A stretch of DNA of 20,000 nt. It comes from an uncultured virus (IMG/VR IMGVR_UViG_3300025803_000010) (Duplodnaviria; Heunggongvirae; Uroviricota; Caudoviricetes). The notes under the pieces are model-generated. The model had not been told where the DNA came from. It was given only the letters and a program-made list of their open reading frames with translations, and made no database searches. The translations under genes were made by a program, and so were the position numbers. The stretch lies in the IMG/VR virus record IMGVR_UViG_3300025803_000010. The stretch is one strand, 5' to 3'. Of the stretch, positions 1-7,336 are shown in pieces. Each line of letters opens with the position of its first letter. Position 1 is the stretch's first letter.

Positions 1-674
1 TCAAATTTATAATGTACTGAGTCTTTATAGCCAAACTTGTATTTATAAACATCATCTACATACAAATGTATGCCTTTTTTAATATACTCTTTATTATGTA
101 AAAGATGATAATAACCAGAGTTAATAGACACATACCCTGACATCTTGCTGCAAATTTCAGGTAAATGGTCAGCAGGCAGACGTTCAAATTGTTTAGTTGT
201 AACAAAGTTAAATTGAGGAAATCTTTTTATTAATTCTTGTTCTACCTCTTTAGCATTCCATACACTCTTATGTTTTTGACCTGTTTCTAAAGCTAGTAGT
301 ATTGTCTTATCAAATTTATACCTATTATGTCTTATTTCAAAGTTAGGATAATGCTCAGGCTTTACTCCAAGTTTTTCACAATATTGTTCAACAATATTTG
401 TTTTATCTTTAAAATCTTTCTTTGAATAAAGATGTATTATCTTTTCATATTCAAAATCAGTTTTAGCACCATAATCTAATGCAGCTAAATGTTCTAAACC
501 AAATGATTGATTTATGTAAGTTTGTTGTGCATACAGATCAGGATATTGTGAAAACAGCACAATTTTATGAGCTTGAAAATTGTTATTGTAATAAGACCTA
601 AGTGCAGCTGAAGCACAGAAATGATCTCCTAAACCTTTGTCAAAGATATCAGAAATAACAATTATATCTCTCAC
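1..674 (-). CDS. Glycosyltransferase, GT9 (heptosyltransferase-like/GT-B) candidate; 3' end truncated by window edge
   Basis: Not in ORF track. Manual translation from GTG at 674 (GTGA overlap with the endolysin stop) is open to base 1: MRDIIVISDIFDKGLGDHFCASAALRSYY...YVSINSGYYHLLHN... The N-terminal GLGD and C-terminal xSGxxHL resemble the GT9 IGD and DSGxxHLA motifs. Confidence 0.6.
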   Translation of the reverse strand, partial: MRDIIVISDIFDKGLGDHFCASAALRSYYNNNFQAHKIVLFSQYPDLYAQQTYINQSFGLEHLAALDYGAKTDFEYEKIIHLYSKKDFKDKTNIVEQYCEKLGVKPEHYPNFEIRHNRYKFDKTILLALETGQKHKSVWNAKEVEQELIKRFPQFNFVTTKQFERLPADHLPEICSKMSGYVSINSGYYHLLHNKEYIKKGIHLYVDDVYKYKFGYKDSVHYKF

Positions 675-1147
675 ACAAGTTCTTTGGCTGATCCTAATAT
701 TGGTTTATATTTAGTTCTTCCCTCTGATTTATACGCATGTAAAAAACTAGCTCTTGGTGTTCCTTCAATCCAACTGCAATGTATCCATCCGCTGTTAGGT
801 TCTCCAGGCGTATAGTATTCGAGGATCAGTTGATCTGGCTCAAGGTTATTTTTAATCCAATCAAAAAGTTCAGCGTTGTCGACTCCAACACATTCGAAGT
901 CTGCGGCTTCAGCTTTGGCATGCTGCGAATTTGCAGAGCTGCCAATAGCCATACATAAATCCACGCTTCGAAATCCACTGGTTACCTTAACTCTGCCGAA
1001 GTGATCACGTACTGGCTGTAAAATATTTTCACACAAACCTTTTAATTTTTCTATTTGTTCTGCGTTAGGATTATTATTAATTCCCTTCCTAATTGCAGTA
1101 TCTGATTTAGTTAACTCTGAAAGAGTAAAATTACGGCTTAAGTTCAT
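671..1147 (-). CDS. Peptidase M15A-family Zn peptidase, putative endolysin
   Basis: SGFRS, SQH-x6-D (HAKAEAAD) and WIH motifs; N-terminal LSRNFTLSELTKS typical of phage M15 lysins. Confidence 0.85.
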   Translation of the reverse strand: MNLSRNFTLSELTKSDTAIRKGINNNPNAEQIEKLKGLCENILQPVRDHFGRVKVTSGFRSVDLCMAIGSSANSQHAKAEAADFECVGVDNAELFDWIKNNLEPDQLILEYYTPGEPNSGWIHCSWIEGTPRASFLHAYKSEGRTKYKPILGSAKELV

Positions 1148-1652
1148 AGTTTTCCTTTAGTTCTAATACAATATTTAAATTAAATCTGAATTTGTTGTAA
1201 ATTGGTGGACTTCCACAATGCAAGATATTGCTATTAAAGATTTTAGCTTGTCTTGGTTTATCATAATGTTTCTCGTCATTTATAATTGTATAACCATCGT
1301 CATCGATGCTATACACAATTGACAAAAAGTTATCATCATTCTCATCAACATGTAAAGACCCTACTGCTGATTTAGTATATAAATTGTAATAATATCTTAC
1401 AACATCTGCATTTATATTTAATTTTTTTTTAATTCTTGCAGCAATTGTATCTGCTATTTCAGTTAATTCTTTATTTTCTTTTGAAGTGTTTATGTTTTGT
1501 TTTGATTGTGGAATGCAGCAAAAACCATTATCAACAGTATAACCGTTTTTAGCATTATCTATAGATATACGCCAATCGGAACATATCAATAGTAATTGTT
1601 TTAAATTTTCGTTTTCTTTTCTATCTAAAACTTCTTCGATTTTTTGAATCAT
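1131..1652 (-). CDS. 2OG-Fe(II) oxygenase superfamily protein
   Basis: HxD (LHVDE), distal His (ILHCG) and the following R (KFRFNLN) match the facial triad and 2OG-binding arginine. Confidence 0.75.
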   Translation of the reverse strand: MIQKIEEVLDRKENENLKQLLLICSDWRISIDNAKNGYTVDNGFCCIPQSKQNINTSKENKELTEIADTIAARIKKKLNINADVVRYYYNLYTKSAVGSLHVDENDDNFLSIVYSIDDDGYTIINDEKHYDKPRQAKIFNSNILHCGSPPIYNKFRFNLNIVLELKENYELKP

Positions 1653-1865
1653 CTACTCCAGTATTAGCTTCTTTATCGATAAACTTCCATCAATATTTTT
1701 TTCTAATTCTGCTTTTGATTTAATACATTGGTAAGAAACATTATTGTCTATTGCTCTTGAAGCTACTCTTTTACCTTTTAAACAATCACTCATAGAAACT
1801 TGTATTCTATGTTCTTTAATTTCATTATTTACTATCATTAGTAAAGCCACAACTGTTTCAATCAT
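1653..1865 (-). CDS. Hypothetical protein with hydrophobic N-terminus and two Cys
   Basis: ORF track; abuts both neighbours (ATGA overlap upstream). Confidence 0.75.
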   Translation of the reverse strand: MIETVVALLMIVNNEIKEHRIQVSMSDCLKGKRVASRAIDNNVSYQCIKSKAELEKNIDGSLSIKKLILE

Positions 1866-2026
1866 AATACTTTACCTTTGTTTTGTCCTTGTTTAATGAC
1901 ATACTTTTGTGTACCATGTTTGCCAGTTTCAACTTCTTTTTTTAAATTTCTTATAAAGCTCATTTGTTTAGCTTTCTTTTCCATATCACTAATGTACTCA
2001 ACTATTTTTCTAGTGACTCGTCCCAT
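1862..2026 (-). CDS. Hypothetical 54-aa basic protein
   Basis: Manual translation MGRVTRKIVEYISDMEKKAKQMSFIRNLKKEVETGKHGTQKYVIKQGQNKGKVL*; fills the gap exactly, with ATGA coupling to the next gene. Confidence 0.7.
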   Translation of the reverse strand: MGRVTRKIVEYISDMEKKAKQMSFIRNLKKEVETGKHGTQKYVIKQGQNKGKVL

Positions 2027-2387
2027 TTGCTCTAACCTTATCTTTTAAATCTTCAATATCACTTAATGCTTTTTCTAATTGATCTCTTAAAAATTCTATA
2101 TTAACTTTATTAGTCATATTCATCTCTTGAGTTTCTTCCATTTTTTCTACAGATTTATATAAATCTTCTAATAAAAAATGTTGTTCTTGATCTACAGGTA
2201 CTTGTTCAGATTTTTTAAGCAAATCATTTTCAAACAATTCTCTTGAAGTTTCTAACGATACTAACCTTGAAGTTAGTTCTGTATATGCAAATACACCCAT
2301 AGCTACTAAAATAATTAAACTAGCAACTGTTTTCATTGGCATTTGCACAGCAGCCGATTCTGATATGTTAAGTGGTTTATTTGCCAT
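2010..2387 (-). CDS. Single-TM, coiled-coil protein (possible lysis accessory)
   Basis: Hydrophobic stretch VASLIILVAMGVFAY followed by an E/K/L-rich helical tail. Confidence 0.7.
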   Translation of the reverse strand: MANKPLNISESAAVQMPMKTVASLIILVAMGVFAYTELTSRLVSLETSRELFENDLLKKSEQVPVDQEQHFLLEDLYKSVEKMEETQEMNMTNKVNIEFLRDQLEKALSDIEDLKDKVRANGTSH

Positions 2388-2484
2388 TTTTTTTCTTTTT
2401 TGGTTTAGATTCCATAGCTTTGGCTATTGCTGCACAAAGACGGTCTATTCCTCCGAAAAATTTATATAAAAATTTATCAATCAT
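2377..2484 (-). CDS. Hypothetical 35-aa peptide
   Basis: Manual translation MIDKFLYKFFGGIDRLCAAIAKAMESKPKKKKNGK*; short overlaps with both neighbours. Confidence 0.55.
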   Translation of the reverse strand: MIDKFLYKFFGGIDRLCAAIAKAMESKPKKKKNGK

Positions 2485-2617
2485 CTATTTTAGGTTTTGG
2501 TAAAGGAATTATAATATCTTTTGAATCAAATTTCAATGAAGTGTGAGACGATGGTCTTACAAATAAAGCTAATAAACACATCAATATAATTAGTATTGCA
2601 GTAAACCCATAGTTCAT
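2477..2617 (-). CDS. Hypothetical 46-aa single-TM peptide
   Basis: Manual translation MNYGFTAILIILMCLLALFVRPSSHTSLKFDSKDIIIPLPKPKIDD*; GGAG RBS upstream. Confidence 0.65.
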   Translation of the reverse strand: MNYGFTAILIILMCLLALFVRPSSHTSLKFDSKDIIIPLPKPKIDD

Positions 2618-2629
2618 TTTGGGACTCCA

Positions 2630-2791
2630 TTAAGTTAACCAATTTTTTATCTTCTCCCAGAAAGCACTTATTTTAGTTATATTTTTACCGTTGTGATTGC
2701 ATTTTTGACAATCGCAGCTAGGACAATTTCCAACTGTACCTTGACCAGGACAATGACATACGTGATTACAATTTAAACACATTTTCCTCAT
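2630..2791 (-). CDS. Cys/His-rich 53-aa putative metal-binding peptide
   Basis: Manual translation MRKMCLNCNHVCHCPGQGTVGNCPSCDCQKCNHNGKNITKISAFWEKIKNWLT*; ATGA overlap with the upstream gene and GGAG upstream. Confidence 0.75.
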   Translation of the reverse strand: MRKMCLNCNHVCHCPGQGTVGNCPSCDCQKCNHNGKNITKISAFWEKIKNWLT

Positions 2792-3429
2792 TTTTTTTTC
2801 TCCATTTCGTAAAACATATTATCACTATCTTCAGTAACTAATCCAGAGTCCTCTGCATCCCAATACGTAGTTTGGACTTTATAGTCTGGCCAGCTGTTAT
2901 CAGTAGTATAACTATTAACGTGCCACAAAATGCGATTATTAGGCTGAGCTGCATAATTGCCGTTATCAAGAGCCAATATGTGTGCACACTTATGTTCTTG
3001 AGGAATTTCAGAATGCTCGGTATCCAATATGTTAGTTTCTGGATGAGCCCAGTCAACTGTAAATAAATATTTTCCATGTAAAAACTTTTTATCTAAACCT
3101 CTGTATTTACCGTTTAAACCAGCCAACCAATCAAAACAATGAACAGAAGGATAATAGCTAAAACAATTCCAAAGTTGAAGTTCACTAAGTCTTTGAGTGG
3201 GAACAGTTTCCGGTTGAAAACCACGTTGAATAAAAGCCGAAATTGGGATTCTCCAAAAGCACGCACCGTTGGGTAGCATGATATTAAATAATAACGCACG
3301 GCCTGATATCGATACCAAACCGAAGACAACGCAATCGTCAACTTCGCCTTGATGTTGTTTAAGATCATAAAGGTACTCCTTTCTTACCTGACAATAAATT
3401 GGTGGTATGTTAGCATTTAAATAAGACAT
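2788..3429 (-). CDS. Conserved hypothetical phage protein
   Basis: 213-aa ORF in the operon; aromatic/His/Cys-rich globular sequence with no assignable function. Confidence 0.8.
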   Translation of the reverse strand: MSYLNANIPPIYCQVRKEYLYDLKQHQGEVDDCVVFGLVSISGRALLFNIMLPNGACFWRIPISAFIQRGFQPETVPTQRLSELQLWNCFSYYPSVHCFDWLAGLNGKYRGLDKKFLHGKYLFTVDWAHPETNILDTEHSEIPQEHKCAHILALDNGNYAAQPNNRILWHVNSYTTDNSWPDYKVQTTYWDAEDSGLVTEDSDNMFYEMEKKK

Positions 3430-3432
3430 AGT

Positions 3433-3882
3433 CTAACATTTCCATCTACGTCTCGCTTGTCTGATTCTTGAATTTGGATCATTTCTAGTTTCTGCACTAG
3501 ATCTTTTTAACTGACCTAGGCTTCTAGCACAATAACTTTTTCTTCTATTTGCTGCTTTAGATCCTTTTTTAACTTTACCTGTTACTGCTGTTTTTAGTTT
3601 AGATCCAGGATTAGCACGTCTATATGCTGCAACACCTGCAGATGTCATACCTGCTCCTGATTTTGTTGATCTATAATTTTTTTTATTTCTAGCAATTGGT
3701 TTCTCAGTTTCTCCACCTCTGCTAAATTTTTTTTTAAATTTTATTTTGAATTGACCATCTGCTTTTACACCAATGTCTAATCTAGAATTTTCAGTTGATT
3801 TACCAACATTAATAAAAACTTTTTCATCACTAGGATCGATACCTAAATTTAAATCTGAATAATAGCTTTTATCTTTAGACAT
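3433..3882 (-). CDS. Basic protein with C-terminal DUF6321-like domain (copy 1)
   Basis: RRKSYCARS...NDPNSRIRQARRRWKC terminus; near-identical in protein to 9623..9916. Family name is from recall. Confidence 0.75.
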   Translation of the reverse strand: MSKDKSYYSDLNLGIDPSDEKVFINVGKSTENSRLDIGVKADGQFKIKFKKKFSRGGETEKPIARNKKNYRSTKSGAGMTSAGVAAYRRANPGSKLKTAVTGKVKKGSKAANRRKSYCARSLGQLKRSSAETRNDPNSRIRQARRRWKC

Positions 3883-3883
3883 C

Positions 3884-4174
3884 TTACGTAAATGTAATTG
3901 AAACGTTTGGGCAATTAGTTACTGTGACGTGAACACCTTCTTCAAATAAAATACCTGAACCTGGAATATAAAGATCTAAACCTTCTGTTCCAAATCCATA
4001 AGTAGCTATTACATTTCCTGATCCTCCTCCACTTCTAAAAACTAAAAGTGCTGATGCAATACCTTCTCCTTGAATAGAAGTAACTCTTGCTCTTCTTCCT
4101 GTTGGAACTAATTGACCAGTTGCTGTAGCATGGGCATTACCCTGATCTGATGTAAAACTTCCTCCACCTGACAT
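3884..4174 (-). CDS. Putative virion structural protein (paralog of 4178..4510)
   Basis: Gly/Thr/Ser-rich, beta-strand-like; IPGSGILFEEGV motif. Confidence 0.7.
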   Translation of the reverse strand: MSGGGSFTSDQGNAHATATGQLVPTGRRARVTSIQGEGIASALLVFRSGGGSGNVIATYGFGTEGLDLYIPGSGILFEEGVHVTVTNCPNVSITFT

Positions 4175-4177
4175 AAA

Positions 4178-4510
4178 TTATCCGTTCTGTCCCGTTAAGT
4201 TAGGCCCTGAAAATTTATCAGTTAATAAAGTAACTGCTGTTACATTTGTTGCTGTAGATAAATAAAGTCCGTTAGTAAATAGTATTCCATCTTCAGGTAA
4301 TGAAAAATTAATTACGTCTCCAGATGGTACATCGGCTGTAAATAAATTTGTACCACCAGATGAAGATCCCGTATTTAAAGATACTTGACCAGCACCACCC
4401 CCATCAGAAGCAATAATCATTCCTTTAAGTCTTACAGGAGAAGCAATAACCACATTCGATGTTGCAGTTCCCGCTACTCTTGTTGCTTGTATATCAGCTT
4501 TAGCTGCCAT
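4178..4510 (-). CDS. Putative virion structural protein (MAAKADIQATR..., 110 aa); probably a separate gene
   Basis: Has its own AAGGAG RBS and ATG at 4510 inside the 311-aa track ORF; LPEDGILFTNGL motif shared with the downstream paralog. Confidence 0.75.
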   Translation of the reverse strand: MAAKADIQATRVAGTATSNVVIASPVRLKGMIIASDGGGAGQVSLNTGSSSGGTNLFTADVPSGDVINFSLPEDGILFTNGLYLSTATNVTAVTLLTDKFSGPNLTGQNG

Positions 4511-4528
4511 AAAATTCTCCTTTAATTT

Positions 4529-4548
4529 GTGGCTCCCGAAGGAGCCAC
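4529..4548 (-). terminator. C(UUCG)G-capped hairpin (processing/stabiliser or weak terminator)
   Basis: GTGGCTCC-TTCG-GGAGCCAC: perfect 8-bp stem, no strong U-tract, immediately upstream of the RBS. Confidence 0.6.
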
Positions 4549-4557
4549 GATTAATTG

Positions 4558-5113
4558 TTACGCTGCAAATGCAAAATGCACCTGTTACAGCTGCTGCTGC
4601 ACCAGTGAATTCAGTTGCAATTGTCCATGTACCATCTTCAAAACACATGAAAGCAATTTTGCTACCAGTTGTTAAAAGATTAGTTGCTGCATCAGCTGGA
4701 GTGAAAACTAATTGTGTTTCACCTGCTGCTGAAGTATCAAAAGTTACTTCATTTGCTGCTCTTGATTCTATTAAAGAACCAGTCGCCCAAACATCAGTTC
4801 CAGCTGCATTAAAAGTTAAAGTTGCAGTTCCGCCAGCTGTGTCTTTAGATTGAACGTAAACAGCGATCGCACCTTTAGTTGCTGCTGGTAATGCTACAGC
4901 GCATGCTGCTGCACCTGTGTAGTTTACAGCTGCAATAATTCCATCAGCGATAGAAATGTTTGCACCTGTTGCTGTGTCAGCAAAAAGTAAACCTGTTATG
5001 TCAGGCATACCTGAGCTGTATCTTGTTGTTACAGCACCAGTAACAGAATTTTTAACAGCGACTTGAAAGCCACCTTCTGATCTGACCGGTCCTGAAAATG
5101 TAGTATTTGCCAT
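4558..5113 (-). CDS. Ala/Thr-rich putative virion (decoration/fibre-like) protein with an apparent 1-nt frameshift near its C-terminus
   Basis: Begins MANTTFSGPVRS with an AGGAGG RBS. Removing one T from TTTT (4573-4576) gives ...GAFAFAA-TAA at 4558, just before the hairpin and next RBS. Confidence 0.65.
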
Positions 5114-5120
5114 ATTTATA

Positions 5121-5192
5121 TCCTCCTAGTTTTTTGAACATAGTCTCTAGGCCGTCGACTATACGCGTCTATGTTCTAATTAATTGTATAGT
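5121..5192 (-). ncRNA. Candidate cis-regulatory leader RNA (double pseudoknot including the SD)
   Basis: Three complementary pairs in a-b-a'-c-b'-c' order: ACUAUAC/GUAUAGU, GAACAUAG/CUAUGUUC, CCUAG/CUAGG(AGG). Confidence 0.55.
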
Positions 5193-5275
5193 GATTTAGA
5201 TATATAGCAGATTTTAATAGAGTGCAAGAGAACCTTATAAGAAAGTGCGATTTCAGCGATGTAGCGTTTTTTGTG

Positions 5276-5491
5276 TTACGTAGCTACAGATACGTCAGGT
5301 GCAGCGTCTTCTATCTTATTAGTCTGTTGAGCAACTTGTGCTTCAGCTAATTTGATATGACTGATGACTTGTCTTATTTTGTCATCAATCCTTACCATAT
5401 CAAGAGTATATCTTTTCTCCTGATTATAGTGCTGCGACCATTCAAGTTCTAGTCCTCTTTTCTTCGTGTAGAGTTCCTGAACGTGTGTCAT
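5276..5491 (-). CDS. Hypothetical protein (helical)
   Basis: ORF track; GAGGAGG RBS upstream. Confidence 0.75.
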   Translation of the reverse strand: MTHVQELYTKKRGLELEWSQHYNQEKRYTLDMVRIDDKIRQVISHIKLAEAQVAQQTNKIEDAAPDVSVAT

Positions 5492-5678
5492 TTATAACCT
5501 CCTCATAGGTTAACCACAATTTGGATTTACTAGTAAATCCGTCTTTTTCCCAGACTATATCATTTTGTCCTAGTTTGTCAACTAGTGCATTTTCAAAGGC
5601 TTTATCATTATCCTCACATATAAGGTTGAAGATAGCATGATAGCCATATGCTCTGATTTGTACTCGGAAATTTTTCAT
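5442..5678 (-). CDS. Hypothetical protein
   Basis: ORF track; fills the gap after the capsid terminator; 50-nt overlap with the next gene. Confidence 0.65.
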   Translation of the reverse strand: MKNFRVQIRAYGYHAIFNLICEDNDKAFENALVDKLGQNDIVWEKDGFTSKSKLWLTYEEVINDTRSGTLHEEKRTRT

Positions 5679-5698
5679 GGGTTCTTTCTTTCTATCAT

Positions 5699-5728
5699 AA
5701 AAAAAGGGGACCCGAAAGCCCCCTTTTT
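5699..5728 (-). terminator. Rho-independent terminator after the major capsid gene
   Basis: AAAAA-GGGGGCT-TTCG-GGTCCCC-TTTTTTT, 18 nt after the capsid stop. Confidence 0.9.
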
Positions 5729-5746
5729 AATTTGTTTTAGTACGAA

Positions 5747-6658
5747 TTAAGCACCTTCAACGCCGAAGATACCTCTGAAGTCAGATACTCCAAATGAGTA
5801 TCTTTCTCTAGCTTTGTATCTTACGTTTCCAGTATCGAAGTCACCTTCCATAGCTGTTTTGATAGGTGATCTATCAAAGTACTTCATTCCATTAGGTATA
5901 TCTGTAATGATGTAGAACGCATCTGTATCTGTGATGTAATTGTTCACTCTGTAACCTTGAGGAACCATTCCCATAGAAACGATTGCATTGATATCATTAT
6001 CAGCTGTTCCTGTTCTACCTTGAGATTTCATCAATCTCTCAGCAGTGAATTGAAGTTCGCTAGGTACAATCATTTTCACGCCTCTTGCAGCAATTTTAAG
6101 ACCTCTTTCGTCTGTCATTGCAGCAATATCGATTAAAGATTGCTCTAGTGAAGTTTCGTTTAAGTCAGCTTGAGTAGCCAATGTGTTCGCAACATTACCC
6201 GCTATTGTTGGGTGAGCTGTATTGAACAATGAAACACCGTCACCAGAAGTGAATGTAGCAGTTGAAGGTAAACCATTGATTAATGGGTTAACAGCTTTAA
6301 CTTGCTTAGTGTTTGACATTGATCTAGCTAATGCTTTTGTATATCTAGACGCAAGTCTATCATACAAATTGTCTTCGATCGCCTCTTCAGTTATTGCGAA
6401 AGCAAGAGCCACAGTTTCGTGTGTGTATCTCGCAGTGTAAGTCTCTTGAGCATTGTCAAAAGCTATTCCACTTCCTTCCGGTTTAACTTGAGCTTGAGCG
6501 AAGCCAGATAACATAACTTCTTCTTCAAACGCTCTGTCTGATGATTCTGAAGTGTATATTTCAGCATGCTGATTTTCGTATCTTTTATATTCCAGGCCGA
6601 ATAGTGCATTCAATCCTGGCTCTAGTTCTTTAACTAGTTGTCCTCTTGATATAGCCAT
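5747..6658 (-). CDS. Major capsid protein
   Basis: 303 aa; MAISRGQLVKELEPGLNALFG start and GDFDTGNVRYKARERYSFG end recognised from marine podovirus capsids; follows scaffold/decoration genes; strong RBS and terminator. Confidence 0.9.
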   Translation of the reverse strand: MAISRGQLVKELEPGLNALFGLEYKRYENQHAEIYTSESSDRAFEEEVMLSGFAQAQVKPEGSGIAFDNAQETYTARYTHETVALAFAITEEAIEDNLYDRLASRYTKALARSMSNTKQVKAVNPLINGLPSTATFTSGDGVSLFNTAHPTIAGNVANTLATQADLNETSLEQSLIDIAAMTDERGLKIAARGVKMIVPSELQFTAERLMKSQGRTGTADNDINAIVSMGMVPQGYRVNNYITDTDAFYIITDIPNGMKYFDRSPIKTAMEGDFDTGNVRYKARERYSFGVSDFRGIFGVEGA

Positions 6659-6679
6659 AATTATTCTCCTATTCTCCTA

Positions 6680-7258
6680 TTATACGCCATTTACGTTCAT
6701 ATCTAACTCATGCTCGTTGATTCTAACGATCCAATTTACGTTAGCTGCGCCAACGGTATTGTTTGATGGATCTCTAGATACGCCGAGAATTTGTAAAGTT
6801 GCAGAAGAGCCAGCAGCTAATGTGCTGTCGTCTAATTCAACTTGTGATACGAAGTCCGGAGAACTACCTGCTGCATACACGATATCTGCAACGTTGAAGA
6901 TATCAGTTGTAGCGGAAGCCCCCGCATTATTAGATTGTATCTCAAACCTTTCATAAGGGTCATCAGAAATGAAACCAACAATGTCTGTTGCAGTGTTAGA
7001 AGCATTTAGGTGATTCGCATATGTAGGCTTGCTTGTGTTAGCATCAGTAAAGAAGATACCAGTGAGTGCTCCTGTTATAGCTCCGCCTGCGCCTGCTACT
7101 ACTATTGTACCTGTGTTTGCCATTTTCACAGCATCACCTTGGTAAATAGCTGTTGCATTAGCTGCAATGCTATATTCGGATAAACCTTGGTTGTCTCTAT
7201 TCTGGCCAACTTTGCCGATCGGTCTTAAACCGAAAGGTGCGTCTTGGTTAGTTGCCAT
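6680..7258 (-). CDS. Putative capsid decoration/cement protein
   Basis: Directly upstream of the capsid gene; Ala/Gly/Thr-rich beta-type composition; DAPFGLRP N-terminus. Confidence 0.65.
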   Translation of the reverse strand: MATNQDAPFGLRPIGKVGQNRDNQGLSEYSIAANATAIYQGDAVKMANTGTIVVAGAGGAITGALTGIFFTDANTSKPTYANHLNASNTATDIVGFISDDPYERFEIQSNNAGASATTDIFNVADIVYAAGSSPDFVSQVELDDSTLAAGSSATLQILGVSRDPSNNTVGAANVNWIVRINEHELDMNVNGV

Positions 7259-7273
7259 ATTGTTTCTCCTTTT

Positions 7274-7298
7274 GCAAAACCACTCAACGTAGTTTTGC
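7274..7298 (-). promoter_or_regulatory. Hairpin immediately 5' of the RBS of the decoration/capsid transcript
   Basis: GCAAAACUAC-GUUGA-GUGGUUUUGC (10 bp, one G-U), followed by AAAAGGAG. Confidence 0.55.
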
Positions 7299-7336
7299 GG
7301 TTAATGTTAATTCGTTGGGTAGGAATCGTTAAAAAA

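Noticed and set aside
2838..3368. Alternative-frame and antisense ORFs 2838..3077, 2872..3066 and 3114..3368
   Set aside because: Nested within the 213-aa gene, with no evident RBS or protein-like features.
4178..5113. Single 311-aa protein as given in the ORF track
   Set aside because: An internal hairpin, RBS and ATG, plus an out-of-character linker, indicate two genes joined by a 1-nt frameshift.
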